Assembly (NCBI RefSeq): GCF_964355755.1
Contig: NC_092679.1
Span: 13,623,432-13,687,431 of the forward strand
From: Antedon mediterranea
Taxonomy: Eukaryota; Animalia; Echinodermata
Direction: 5' to 3'
DNA: 64,000 nucleotides
This document shows, piece after piece, positions 25,312-36,746 of the stretch. The stretch's first letter is position 1, and each line of letters starts with the position of its first letter. The position numbers were made by a program, and so were the translations under genes. The notes under the pieces are model-generated. The model had not been told where the DNA came from and searched no databases. It saw nothing but the letters and a program-made list of their open reading frames with translations.

Positions 25312-26639
25312 ACACTAAATTTATGTGCACTCCAATTAATGACGATATTGCTGGGAAGGGACTTTTTGATATCCCATCGAGCTCTTATTGATTGCGGGAA
25401 ACTATTATTATCTGTTGGAACGAGTATACTTTCGCTTCGGGAAGAGGCGGGGAAGGTTAGTCCTAGGGTTTGCCCGGGCGACGGTTGGCAAGCGCAGGGT
25501 GCTCCCTCCGTTTTCGGCAGGGTATATACTTTGCCGGTTAGTATGTAAAGGGAGATCATCTTGCCGATTATTTCATTGAGCCCAATAATCAGTTCCTGGG
25601 ACGGGCTAATTACCACCAGGAATTCATTGATCATTTTGCCAATAATACTGGGTAAAGGGGTGCCATTTGTATGGGGGCCTGAACAGCAAGCTGCTTTTGC
25701 TGTTTTAAAGTCGGCTCTCATTACCCCTCCTATTCTCACCCTTCCCAACACCAGGGACAAGTTCATTCTACAGTACCGACCATAACTACCACCAAATCGA
25801 GACGCGTCAGACGCATCAAGAATTCGTCTAGATAATAACATATTAAGGTTCAATTCATATTGCAAAGAAGCTGATTTTTTGGGAGTGTTAAAGGTCATTG
25901 ACCTCATTTTATAATGTTAAAAATGTTATCTTTGCAACAAAATATGGTATATGGTTGAACTTGGTGTCAAAATGCACTCAATTATAACAGGAATTAAAAA
26001 ATAAATAAATTGGACCATATCTTGACCTTCAAAAAACCGATTAAAGGTCAATATACCCATTTTTTGGTTTAACACATACTTATAAATTAATGCACTATCA
26101 AGTCAAATATTACTTTATAAAGTGCATGTCAACTGATTTGTGTAGGTATGGGTATACAGATTTCCCCAAAAAAGTAAGGAAGAATAGGGGGGTGGGGAAA
26201 TTCTTTTTTTCATGTTAAAGGTCATTGATATTCTTTAAAAATACTAAAAATTGTATCTTCGCAACAAAGTATGATATAAGGTTGATCTTGGTGTCGAAAT
26301 GCACAGAACTATACTAGAAATGAACCACAAATAAAATTGGTCCACTATGACTATCTTCACTTGTTACAAATAAGGTCAAAGGTTAATATATCCATTTTTG
26401 TGTTTTCCACAATCCAGTATGGCATTACATTATATAAAAAATCACTCACTAAAATATTGACTTCAGGTCTGAAAGAAAACAAGTTGGAACATGGTTTTTT
26501 TTTTAATAAAAGTCATTTAACAGATTGTGTTAAATGATTGGTACCTGTATATATATATATATACCATGGAGCTATAGCTCCACTGATAATAAATACAATT
26601 TGCATAAATAATAAATACATAATGATACACATGTTACTT

Positions 26640-26790
26640 GGTGATCGGTTTCCTCTTCATCACTAGGTTTGTTTGCACTTGTACCATTCGAGCAGTGCCC
26701 ACAGCACACCCTATATGCAGAAACACATGACAATCCTGCCTTGACACTGCCTATCGCCTTCTTTGCAGTTGCACTATATTCCTTTTAGAA
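26640..26790 (-). mobile_element. Cys-rich (CXC-like) C-terminal fragment of a DNA transposon, probably Academ-like
   Basis: Minus strand reads PDTLLKGI*CNCKEG, then in a shifted frame KAGLSCVSAYRVCCGHCSNG. Confidence 0.4.
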
Positions 26791-27119
26791 GAGTATCTGG
26801 TGAGATACTTCATGTAATCATTTTCCACCTTAGATTTCCGTTACTATCCAGATCTAAGCTATACAACCTGACAGCCAGGTGTCCACGTGTTGGGAATACT
26901 CCTGTATAGAGCTTAAGCGATTTCAGGCTAAGGATACCGATTTAGTGGTTATCAGGAGATGGCTAGAATTGGGGGAACTGCCAGATCGGGAGTTATTTAG
27001 CTCCAGTCTCGGCAGTGTCTATACCCAATAATAATACTAATAACAGTTAAAGTATTTTTAATTTCAAAGTTTTTAGTTTGTAACTTGCACCAGGCGCACG
27101 ACTGGGTGCCATGTCTTAT

Positions 27120-27332
27120 TATGTCACAAGAAGCTAGCGACCCCGTGAACCTAGTCTCAAGGGCTGGGTAGCAATGCTAGCCAGGTGATTCTCGGGTGAC
27201 TACCTCCTTTTCAAAAGGGGAGTGTTTATGTCACAAGAAGCTAGCGACCCCGTGAACCCAGTTTCAAGGGCTGGGTAGCAATGCTAGCCAGGTGATTCTC
27301 GGGTGACTACCTCCTTTTCAAAAGGGGAGTGT
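27120..27332. repeat. Tandem duplication (~107 bp x2) of the Gypsy 3' UTR/PPT
   Basis: tatgtcacaagaagctagcgaccccgtg...ctccttttcaaaaggggagtgt appears twice, nearly identical. Confidence 0.9.
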
Positions 27333-28107
27333 AGTATTGACACCAGGGGGTGGGCAATAAATGAATGGCCTGAACATACCATTACCGTCTGCGGGCGCCT
27401 GGATGTAGTACACATGACGTATGGACGTTTGAGGCATCCATGCGCAGACGGTTGGGAGAAACCAGAAATCGGGGCAGTTTAGCCACGGATTTTGCTGTGG
27501 TAACAAGATAGACGGCTATATTTGTTGATACGGAATATATACATTGGATTCATTTGTCCCAAGCGGGAAAGAAGTTCCAAGAGAGTATTGTGTAATACAA
27601 TAACATGTTACGCCCTCTTTTGGCCGCTTGGCGAATGCACGAAATAAACATGAAGTTTATAAATATAAAATTACGTTTTTTAGTAATTTGTTTTTGATAT
27701 ATTATATCAACATTGCCAATATAAATAATACGGATTATTAAAGATCTTTAAAAACTTGATAAATACAAAAAAAAATGTATATGAATTTGGTCTAAACTAA
27801 AGTGAGACGTTTCGGCCCAGAAGTTGGCCGAATCGTCCCGGATTCGATGCCAGTGCAGTCATCACATACTCAGCCAAAAAAGGCACGTGTCCATGCCGCT
27901 CTGTTCTGTGAGTGTAGTGTGGCCCCTGGAAATAAATAACAGTTAATGGACCTAGCTTACGTTAGGTTTAATTAAACTGCCAAACAAACCTTCTTGGCCA
28001 GTGTCTTTTAGCTGTCTGACGAGCTAAGGAAGATTACGTGTTTGGGGTGTTTGAACACCGACGACCCAGACGTCACGTCAAAAACTCGTAAACGCTTCTA
28101 AATTGAC

Positions 28108-28645
28108 GGTGTCTGATCATTTCGGCCGCCGGTTATGGAATTGCCAAATTCATGAAACGCCAAAAAGGACAAAATATGTATTGTTAATTTCGGCCGCCAG
28201 AATTGTAATTACTGTATTCTTGAATATGTATGACACGCCATGTGTGTTAAAATGTTAATATTTTACTAAATAGTGTATTATTAAGCCGAATCGGCGGTCT
28301 TCAATTCCAGAAACAGCAAGCGATATTTATAGCGTGCACATTGCCATCACTACAGTGTATATTAATGATATTTTTTTAATAAGAAGGAGTTGATGCTGAA
28401 GTTTTTAGCCCATTGCACAACTGATCTCTAGTTTAAATGACCATAATTCTCTGTGGCGTTCCATAGACTTGATAAAGTTATTTTTTTTCACTGTAATTCT
28501 GTACAGTTATTTCTGGCTATTTCAATTTGGCGCGCCATACCTGGCGACCGAAATGATCATGCCATATTTTGTCCTTTTTGGAGTTTCATGAATTTGGTCG
28601 TAACCGGCGGCCGAAATGATTGGCGGCCGAAATGCACTGTGACTC
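28108..28645. mobile_element. Shorter member of the MITE family at 4872-6468
   Basis: Same termini ggtgtctgatcatttcggccgcc... / ...ggcggccgaaatgcactgtgac; different internal sequence; no clear TSD. Confidence 0.85.
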
Positions 28646-28789
28646 GAACGCTTCGTACCCGACGTGTGGGGGCGCAAGGCAAACTGTACCTAAAATTAAA
28701 TTCTATAATTATATTTAGGTATAATACTACATTACATTATCGGTAATATTATAAATTCATTATTTTTTTCATTTCATAACATTTATTTA

Positions 28790-29830
28790 CAAAATCTGAA
28801 AGGAAAGAAAAATACAATGCATACAAAATGATAATAGGTCAGAGAATGAAGGCAGATTCCCGGAGAAAATCTTGTGGTTGGCGAGCCTTGAAAAAATAAG
28901 TAAAATAAAAGAAGAGACGGTAAAAGAGATAAAAGGATACCAGAGATGATTTGGCATGAGGGTAATGGAGGAGAAGATAACATTACTTTGTTGGATGAGG
29001 TTAATGTCATTGAGTATTTCATAATTATAGTAGATTCAAGAAAAAATTTGATGAGTGGGACGTCAGGTGCTCTAGATATATCCCGTTCTTTTGGAGAGTA
29101 TGAGAGTGAGAGTATTGCCTGACTTAGATAGGGGTAACGTGAGTAATCTTCGTCCTGTCTGGAAACACACCATTAGTTTGAACAAGATTAAAAATACGAG
29201 ATAATAGAAAGGAGATAATATCGGCAACGTATGGTATTTAATTGATTTTAACTTAAATTAATTCGTCGACACCGGATATTTGTTTGTTTTTTAAAGAGGT
29301 AAATGTTGGTAATTTCAGCCTCGTCAACAGGAAAACTATAGGCCTAATAAAGTATTATCGGTGGGGTTTGGCATAATGTCTTCAAATGATTTGTTTGCGA
29401 AGGAATTTTGTTAGCAAGAATAAGAATGGGTCTTATTTTCAACAAAGTGTTTGTTGAATGCGTTGTACTGTTATTTATTAGAGTTTTAAGGAGTAGATTG
29501 ATGGTTTCCAGGTTGCCTTGATATTATTTTTATGTTTTAGAAATGTGTTCTTGCAGTGTGTTTTATGGCCACTTTGATGAGAGTATTTAATCTGTTACGA
29601 AATTGTTTGTAGTTCTTTTCGTTTGTAGCAGTAATAGGACAATGGATACATTTAAAATAAAGTTTGTTTTTGTGTTTGATCGAATTCAGAAGTCCATTTG
29701 ACATCCATGATTTAAGTTGTTTTGATTTTTTTTAATGTTTGGAGTATAAAATGTTTGTCATGATTTTAATTCAAATTATTATAAGCTGTATTAGGATCAT
29801 TATAGCTATAGTGAATTTGAGTTTTACGGG
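28790..29830 (-). mobile_element. Decayed CR1/L2-group LINE ORF2 (endonuclease-RT linker)
   Basis: Minus strand retains pieces such as SWMSNGLLNSIKHKNKL, RNRLNTLIK and SGVDE..FK..KY; many stops. Confidence 0.6.
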
Positions 29831-29835
29831 TATTT

Positions 29836-30569
29836 TTAGTCGCGTGGACTCTATAGTTCACTATGTCGGTCGGTCGGTCTGTCTGTCTGTCGGTCTGTCG
29901 GTCTGTCTGTCGGTCCGGTATCACTATGCGATTTATCGATTTCTGACCTTATCTTGATATCAGTTTAATCTAGCTATGTCAATTTTTCACAGTATATTCC
30001 TTATGGCCAGGAATCGATGTGGTTATGTTTTCACGGTGCGCAATACAAAATTACGTGGTCTACGCACGATTTAACGAAATCACGTTTGTAATCATATCTT
30101 CACAACCATGAATCACAATTAAATAAAATTTGGTACTCATAAATTTCAGGGCATAAATCATCATATGGCAATACAATTACGTGCGTAGCGCATGTAACGC
30201 ATGCGTACGCGCGCCTCAAATTTTCAAAATTTATTTTCGATGAAATAAGAGTACGTTTCAGGCAATCTTAAGCGTTTACAAAATTGCCATGAGTGCGCAG
30301 ATTTTTGCGCGCGACCTGCGCGTTAAATGTTATTGCACACTCTTTTTGTTTTCTCGACTTCTGTTTTCTTGACTTACTTTTCAACTCGAAATTACGTTAT
30401 ACGAGCACGTCAAAAGTGACAGGCTACGCACGTGTAAATTAAAAAAATATAAATGTTTTTAAACATTTCAACATTTTTAAGTTCAGTAATTTCGGTCAGT
30501 TGGTAGGTTGGTCGGTCGGTCGGTAAACACTAATGAGCACGCGACTGCAGCCATCTATATGGCCTTGTT
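29836..30569 (+). mobile_element. DINE-1/HINE-like (Helentron-derived) non-autonomous element
   Basis: T-rich insertion site, 5' agtcgcgtg, (GTCG/GTCT)n microsatellite, subterminal inverted cacgcgact, 3' end atggccttgtt. Related pieces at 31410-31584, 36261-36368, 50600-50670(-) and 60920-61075(-). Confidence 0.75.
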
Positions 30570-31290
30570 TGTATATAGATGATATCGACAGCCTCATAAC
30601 AAAAGTGTCTAAGTCATAATTTGTGTTTTGTTTTTCTGCCTAACTCACTGCTTATATCAATATACTATATTTTTTTGTGTTTCTGCCTAAGTCAGCTGTG
30701 TGACTTAGGCAATTAAGGAGAGGAGACTGATGATTTTTAAAATAAAATAAGAAATACATTTTTATAGTATATTTTTTAACCCATTTGTTACAAATTCTTT
30801 CGCTTTTATTACTACTTTCCTTTTCTAAAACCATCTGTGTTAACTTTAATCTGAAGAGCTAATGCTATTAAATTGTGTTACTTAAAGGTAGCATTTTTTG
30901 TATATAGATGATATTGACAGCCTCATAACAAAAGCGTCTAAGTCATAATTTTTGTTTTGTTTTTCTGCCTACCTCACTGCTTATATCAATATACTATATT
31001 TGTTGAGTTTCTGCCTAAGTCAGCTGTGTGACTTAGGCAATTAAGGAGAGCTGACTTATGATCTGCCTAACTCACTGCTTATATCAATATACTATATTTT
31101 TTGTGTTTCTGCCTAAGTCAGCTGTGTGACTTAGGCAATTAAGGAAAGCTGACTTATGATCTGCCTAACTCACTGCTTATATCAATATACTATATTTGTT
31201 GTGTTTCTGCCTAAGTCAGCTGTGTGACTTAGGCAATTAAGGAAAGCTGACTTATGATCTGCCTAACTTACTGCTTATATCTTTATACTA
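30570..31290. repeat. Tandem array of ~98-bp units plus a larger segmental duplication
   Basis: ctgcctaactcactgcttatatcaatatactatattt..ctgcctaagtcagctgtgtgacttaggcaattaagga at 30636, 30964, 31063, 31161 and 31259 (partial). 30570-30720 is repeated at 30900-31050. Confidence 0.9.
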
Positions 31291-32917
31291 CCCTCTGTAC
31301 ATTATCTGAGTGCTTTTATATACATTTGCACATGCTCAGATCGTTTTTTGTGAGAGGAGACTCATGATTTTTTAAATAAAATAAGAAATACATTTTTATA
31401 GTATATTTTTTATGTCGGTCTGTCGGTCTGTCGTTCTGTCTGTCGGTCCGATATCACTATGCGTTTTATCGCTTTTCTGTACTTTTTGAACTGTTTTGAT
31501 GTACAGAAAAGTTTTGATGTACATTACTTTTTGAAAGTTCACTTTTTTTCTGAGAGCACGCGACTTATGGCTGTTGGCCTTGTTCTTATGTATTTTCATT
31601 GATCAAGTTTATACGTTTAGTTTTTAATACCTACCACCGTATAAACTTGTTTGCACTTTTTTTCATTTTCTGTGGATCATATATGAACTAACTACAGTAC
31701 TGAATGAAGTCTGACTGATTTTATTTAAAAAATATTTATTTGACTGCTTTTTAAGAGAAATTCTTTGCTTTTCGTCGTGATTTTTGTTACAAATTTAAAT
31801 TTAACCAGTTATATCTGGAATTCATGCCTATATATAGCTGAATATAGCTGAGCTTATGCAAAAGGCAGCGAACGGTGGCCTATACGTTAGACAGTATATT
31901 TTAAAAGTGATCCATTTAATTGTTTTGCACAAAAAAGTACAAAAACATAAATTCTGTGCCCAGTTCACGAAAGTAGGCCTATCAAAAATACTGGTAGGCC
32001 TGCGAAGTTACTGAATTTAAAGTCATTTGCGTAACATAAATATTTCCGTTTCACTTTAATAAAATATAAAATACGACTTAGATTAATTATATATTGACTA
32101 TTTTTAAAAGAGTAATAAAACATTCCGATAGAAATAAAATCCAATTATCCGTAATAAACAAATATTGCTTATAACGAATTGATATTTTTACGACCACAAG
32201 TCACGCACTACCTCAATTTGGTTCACAAAAGAAGGTCGGTTCACACAATCATATATGACCATATAGGTTTCATTTCCCAGTGTCCCTTGTAGGGAACACA
32301 CTCCTAATTATTATACATGGGAACAAGTTTACCATGACCAAATTCACTAAAAACAAGTACCTTTCTGTGGTTAAATTCAAGGTCTGCATGCCTCAGTAAA
32401 AAAAAAAAACATAAATTGTGTACGTTATTTGTTTATTGATAAATGCAATTCAAGTTATATGTACAGAAATATGGCTGAGATAGGCCTAAGATTTAACATC
32501 CTGTCAATGTAGTTAGTTAAATTATGTTTTTTTCCTATTACACCTTATTTATACAGCGTATGCTGACAATCAAGGGGCCTTCTTAATCAGTGGCTGTTTG
32601 TACAAGTTTGTGAACGCATGTCACACTCAAACCCCAAAGATTGGTTTCTACATAGAGGAATCATCATATAAGAGTTTGACTCTCCTTATTCTGTTATTGT
32701 TATTGTTATCCGAATCTGTTTATTATTTTAATAAGTTTTACCGTATGTGCTATAGAAATTATTACATAATATTTATCTTTATTGTACAACCTACCCGTCA
32801 ATATTCTGAACACATTAACTTTTATTATAAACAAATACCTATATACAGAATAACATAAACGAATGTTTGCCAGAAAATTTGTATTCACATGACAGGCCAC
32901 TAAAATATATACAAATA

Positions 32918-35048
32918 ATGTTTTTGGGACTATACTTGTTGCTGTCAGTTTTTCATTGTTCAATGTCGTTGGCAAACGATACATTGGCAAACAATGGTAT
33001 TGTTGAACTTTCAAGCGGTAATAATAAACAATCCTATTTCGATTATATTAACGACGAAGCGAAATTTTCGACAGATAGGAAGTTCGACTCTTCTAATACA
33101 GTCATCATTCGACAAGAGAAGTATATGTATAATGTTGTTCGAAAAATTATCTCAAGAACCGGATATTTTCTTCGAATTGGACGCAATGGACGTGTTCGTG
33201 GTACTGTCAATTGTAAAGACAAATACGGTAAGTACAGTAAGCCAACCCTCTATCATCATCAAAGAACTTGTTTGTTTATTTTTAACATATTCTGTCTCAT
33301 GTAAGGAGGATATGCTGTTAGAGATCCTCTTCTTTTATTACAATGGTTTTTCCATGGCCTCTGGCAAGGTAATTTCTGCAAGTACATCAGTTTGTTGTGA
33401 AGATTTTCCAGTGATTGGTATCTTGAAAAAAGCTTAATCATTCTAAAACATCTTTGTAGCGTAATATTGATCGTCGGTCGATTATGAATAAATGTGTTTG
33501 ATGATAGGAGATTCATCCTCTTGTATCTATCAATTTAGCAGGTCGACTATCATAATAGTGAAATGTATTGAGCACTGATGCTCATTACATGGGCAGGGCA
33601 AAAGTCTCATTCAAGTAATTAATTCGCCAGATTGGTGCATATATCTATATCTTGTATATGCTTTCTATGTATATTATGTTCTATGTATTGTCTTCTTGAG
33701 TGAGTGAGTGAGTGGAAATGGAATGAAATTTCCACCATTAACAAACTGTTCCAAATTGACAAGCCCAAATCAGAGGTAGGAGATCGGAGTGCATCCTCCG
33801 CATTACCAACATTACTATTTTCTATCATTCATTTATTTATTTATTTGACCAACAAACCATATATAAAATAATATACAGAATCTATGTAAGTCTGAATGTT
33901 AAATGTTGTTTATAGTATAAATCAATACGGTATCGGTGTTAATATTTTTGTAGCCTTATATGTTTTACATTTGTCAATACTATTATTATTTGGCAGGTTT
34001 GGTGCAACACAATGTCAGTGCTTCCAATCTGGAAACGTATACATCTTAAACGCTGTAAAATAATATACCACGCCAACTTATAGGCTCAATATCTATGTAA
34101 AAGATACTATAGTAGTCTCCGTATGTAAACACAATCTCTATTTTAACGTAAAACATAATCTCCGTCATGTTATTTTCTTCTTTAGTGCAATTAATCACAT
34201 TTGCTGTTGGGCCTAGCTTGCTTATCATCAAAGGAAGCGAAAGTGGTTTATACTTATCCATGGATAAAAATGGAAGAATTTCCGCTAGAAATGTGAGTAT
34301 ACGATATAGAAAGATTTAACATTATTCCAAACATAGGATTTGCGGTATTAGTAATCATGCTTTTCAACAAATGTTATGGAAGAAAAAGTAATCATTAATG
34401 TTATAAATATCTGCATTAGAACAAATTACGAGTGGTCGAACATATCAATTTTCAATTTATTTCACAAGATATAACTCAATACTAACATTTTTAATGGTTT
34501 AAGAAAAGTCATTCTTGTACTGGAGAATTTCAAGAAGCAGTAGGCCTACAACAAATTCCACCGAAATGTTTTTGGGCGTGCGAAAATTTTGGGCTTTACA
34601 GTATTTCTGTTCAGTTTGGTACTATTTACGGAACCAATTATATAAACATTTTAGAACCAACTTAGCACAGAATGTCTTGAGGTTATATTATATATTATAT
34701 TATTATATATCAGTTTATATTATATGATTTGAAATATTAAACGGCAATTAATTTTCATGGGTCGCATAGCATATATCTTTTAAAAAGCATTGGATAGTCA
34801 TTAAATCTTTTCAGAACACCCAGTCCAGGCTTGTCTGTCAAAACAATTTCGATATTCTTTGGATCGGAAAACATCAATCTGAATCGTGTTTTGAGTCACT
34901 TCAGTCACTGATACAATTCAAACTAAACACCGCTCAAGAGGGGAAACGAAAGAAACCAGCACGATTTCTGAGCATTACTAGTAATGGTCGTGCCACAACA
35001 TCAACCAGCGATGCCAAGTTCAGAAGTAATTTCTACTTGATGCCATGA
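32918..35048 (+). CDS. FGF: Fibroblast growth factor family protein, divergent, with predicted signal peptide, 216 aa
   Basis: Exons 32918-33227 (phase 1 out), 34186-34292 (107 bp, phase 1 to 0) and 34815-35048. Motifs RKIISRTGYFLRIGRNGRVRGT, LLIIKGSESGLYLSMDKNGRI and RFLSITSNGRA..SNFYLMP. Hydrophobic N-terminus MFLGLYLLLSVFHCSMSLA. The intron layout is the classical FGF one. Confidence 0.88.
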
Positions 35049-36260
35049 CAATTCTCGTGCGGTATGCCAAACAAAAGTCATGCAGTATCGTGTCTGCTGA
35101 CAGCAACCTGCTACAGCAACTGAATCCTCAAACTATTTCACACATCAGCACGCTGAAGAAAGTGTTGATATAACGCTTCTGATGAAGAGGCATGTACTGT
35201 ATAAATTAGAGTCTGGAGACGCTAGTATTTAATACTAAGAAGGTTGCTGTCAGAAAACGCGATTGTGGTGGTATATATAAGTGGTTGTTGGCGGAAATGA
35301 AATACGCATTATGAATTAATTCGATTTCATCTTGCTTTCATCATTTGTAAAGTAAAAAACTGAATTATTTGACATAAAAAACTAAACTGTACATAGGTTG
35401 CTTTCAACTTCAAAATGCGCGGTGACTATTATTTTTAGCATAGGCCTATAGGTAAAGTCGAACTTTAGTTGAAGATTACCGATACAAAACAAAACGTACA
35501 ACGTCTTGTTTATTTTCTTGTCTTTTTAATTTATGTACAACTACTGTATTTACTCTGATCAGGAAGAAATTACAGTAATTTCACTCTTCCCTGCTCTGGT
35601 GTATTTATTCTTGTGTATATAAAAACAGTAGGGCCTACAAGATTGAATTGCGTCTTATTACATAATATACAAACAGTTGTAAAAACGTAAAGCAAACCAT
35701 GAATTGATCCAAAATGCAAGCACAAAGTTGAATAATATTTGTGAAATATAAATTAGCAATTGAAGTGACGGTCTCTTGTATGTTAAAACAGTGAAAACTC
35801 ATTAAGTAGATTTTACGATGCACCATCGACATCACAGCAATTGATGGCGGCCGGCTGTATGGATGGTGAGCGCGTGCGGCGATATCCTTAATCTCGCGAT
35901 TGTTCTGAAATAATATGTACATCACTAATACGTTGTTAAAATATGGTCCTTGGTCAAGTTGTCCTTTAAACTCGAGTATTTTGAATAAGAGAAATAACAT
36001 TTAATCTTTGTTCTCTTCTGGAGAGGTCAAATGTCGATGGGTTAAATGACCCTCAAATGACTTTTATAATAAGCCATTTTAATGTATTAATGTCTTAATA
36101 AAATTATTAAAAGAGTTTGGCTACTGAAGTACACGGTAACTCAGCCCATTATATTAGTAGAAAGCTGATACGATAATGGAAGGACACAACGTAAAAAAAA
36201 ATGTCATCTGGGAGGGAAACATATCATAAATTGTCTTGGTTGTTGCCGTCAGGCCTTCTG

Positions 36261-36368
36261 TTAGTCGCGTGCAATGCGACTCAACAGCTCACTATGTCGG
36301 TCGGTTGGTCGGTCGGTCGGTAAACACTAACTTGAGCACGTGACTGCAGCCATGTATATGGCCTTGTT
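36261..36368 (+). mobile_element. Minimal (~108 bp) HINE-like element
   Basis: ttagtcgcgtgcaatgcgact..ctatgtcggtcggttggtcggtc..cacgtgactgcagcc..atggccttgtt: both ends of the 29836 element with no core. Confidence 0.7.
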
Positions 36369-36746
36369 GAACTCCTGGTGGTTTTCAGTTTTGCTAAGCT
36401 TTTTTTTAGCTTTCGTCGCCAAAAGTTGGAAATATCTGTCTGTCTCTAACATGATCAGAAACGATATATTAATAATAGAACTGTAGAAATTTTTTATACA
36501 TCATTTTATTAGTAAACCATCGATTCTAACAACAAATATATTTACTCTATAATCAATATTAAACATAAAACAAACTAGTCGAATTATTCTAAATAAATTC
36601 CTTGTAAAACCTTTTCATTGAACTAAGCTAGTCTAGTATATTTGTTTAAAAATATAGTATACTTTCTTCATATTAAAGATATCTTTACTCTTAACCATCT
36701 ATAAATCATAACAGCGCCACAGCCTTAGTATCCTGTATAACAAGTG

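Larger units (their letters stand above)
22378..27605 (+). mobile_element. Decayed Gypsy LTR retrotransposon with nested insertions
   Basis: PBS-like TGGCGGCGA at 22378; GC-rich gag-like ORFs 22595-23432; protease VAVVDTAAD (24090) and ILLGRDFL (25345); RT-RNaseH linker KGVPFVWGPEQQAAFAVLKSALITPPILTLP; LKRFQAKDTDLVVIRRWLELGELP (~26915); PPT aaaaggggag then LTR TGTAGT.. from 27330 to ~27600. Confidence 0.75.

Noticed and set aside
30570-31290. Regularly spaced palindromic repeats resembling a CRISPR array (also 63470-64000 and 47730-47880)
   Set aside because: The sequence between repeats is itself repeated, so there are no unique spacers; there are no cas genes and the context is eukaryotic.
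32994-33437. 147-aa ORF overlapping FGF exon 1 in another frame
   Set aside because: It runs through the FGF splice donor into the intron and has no recognisable features.
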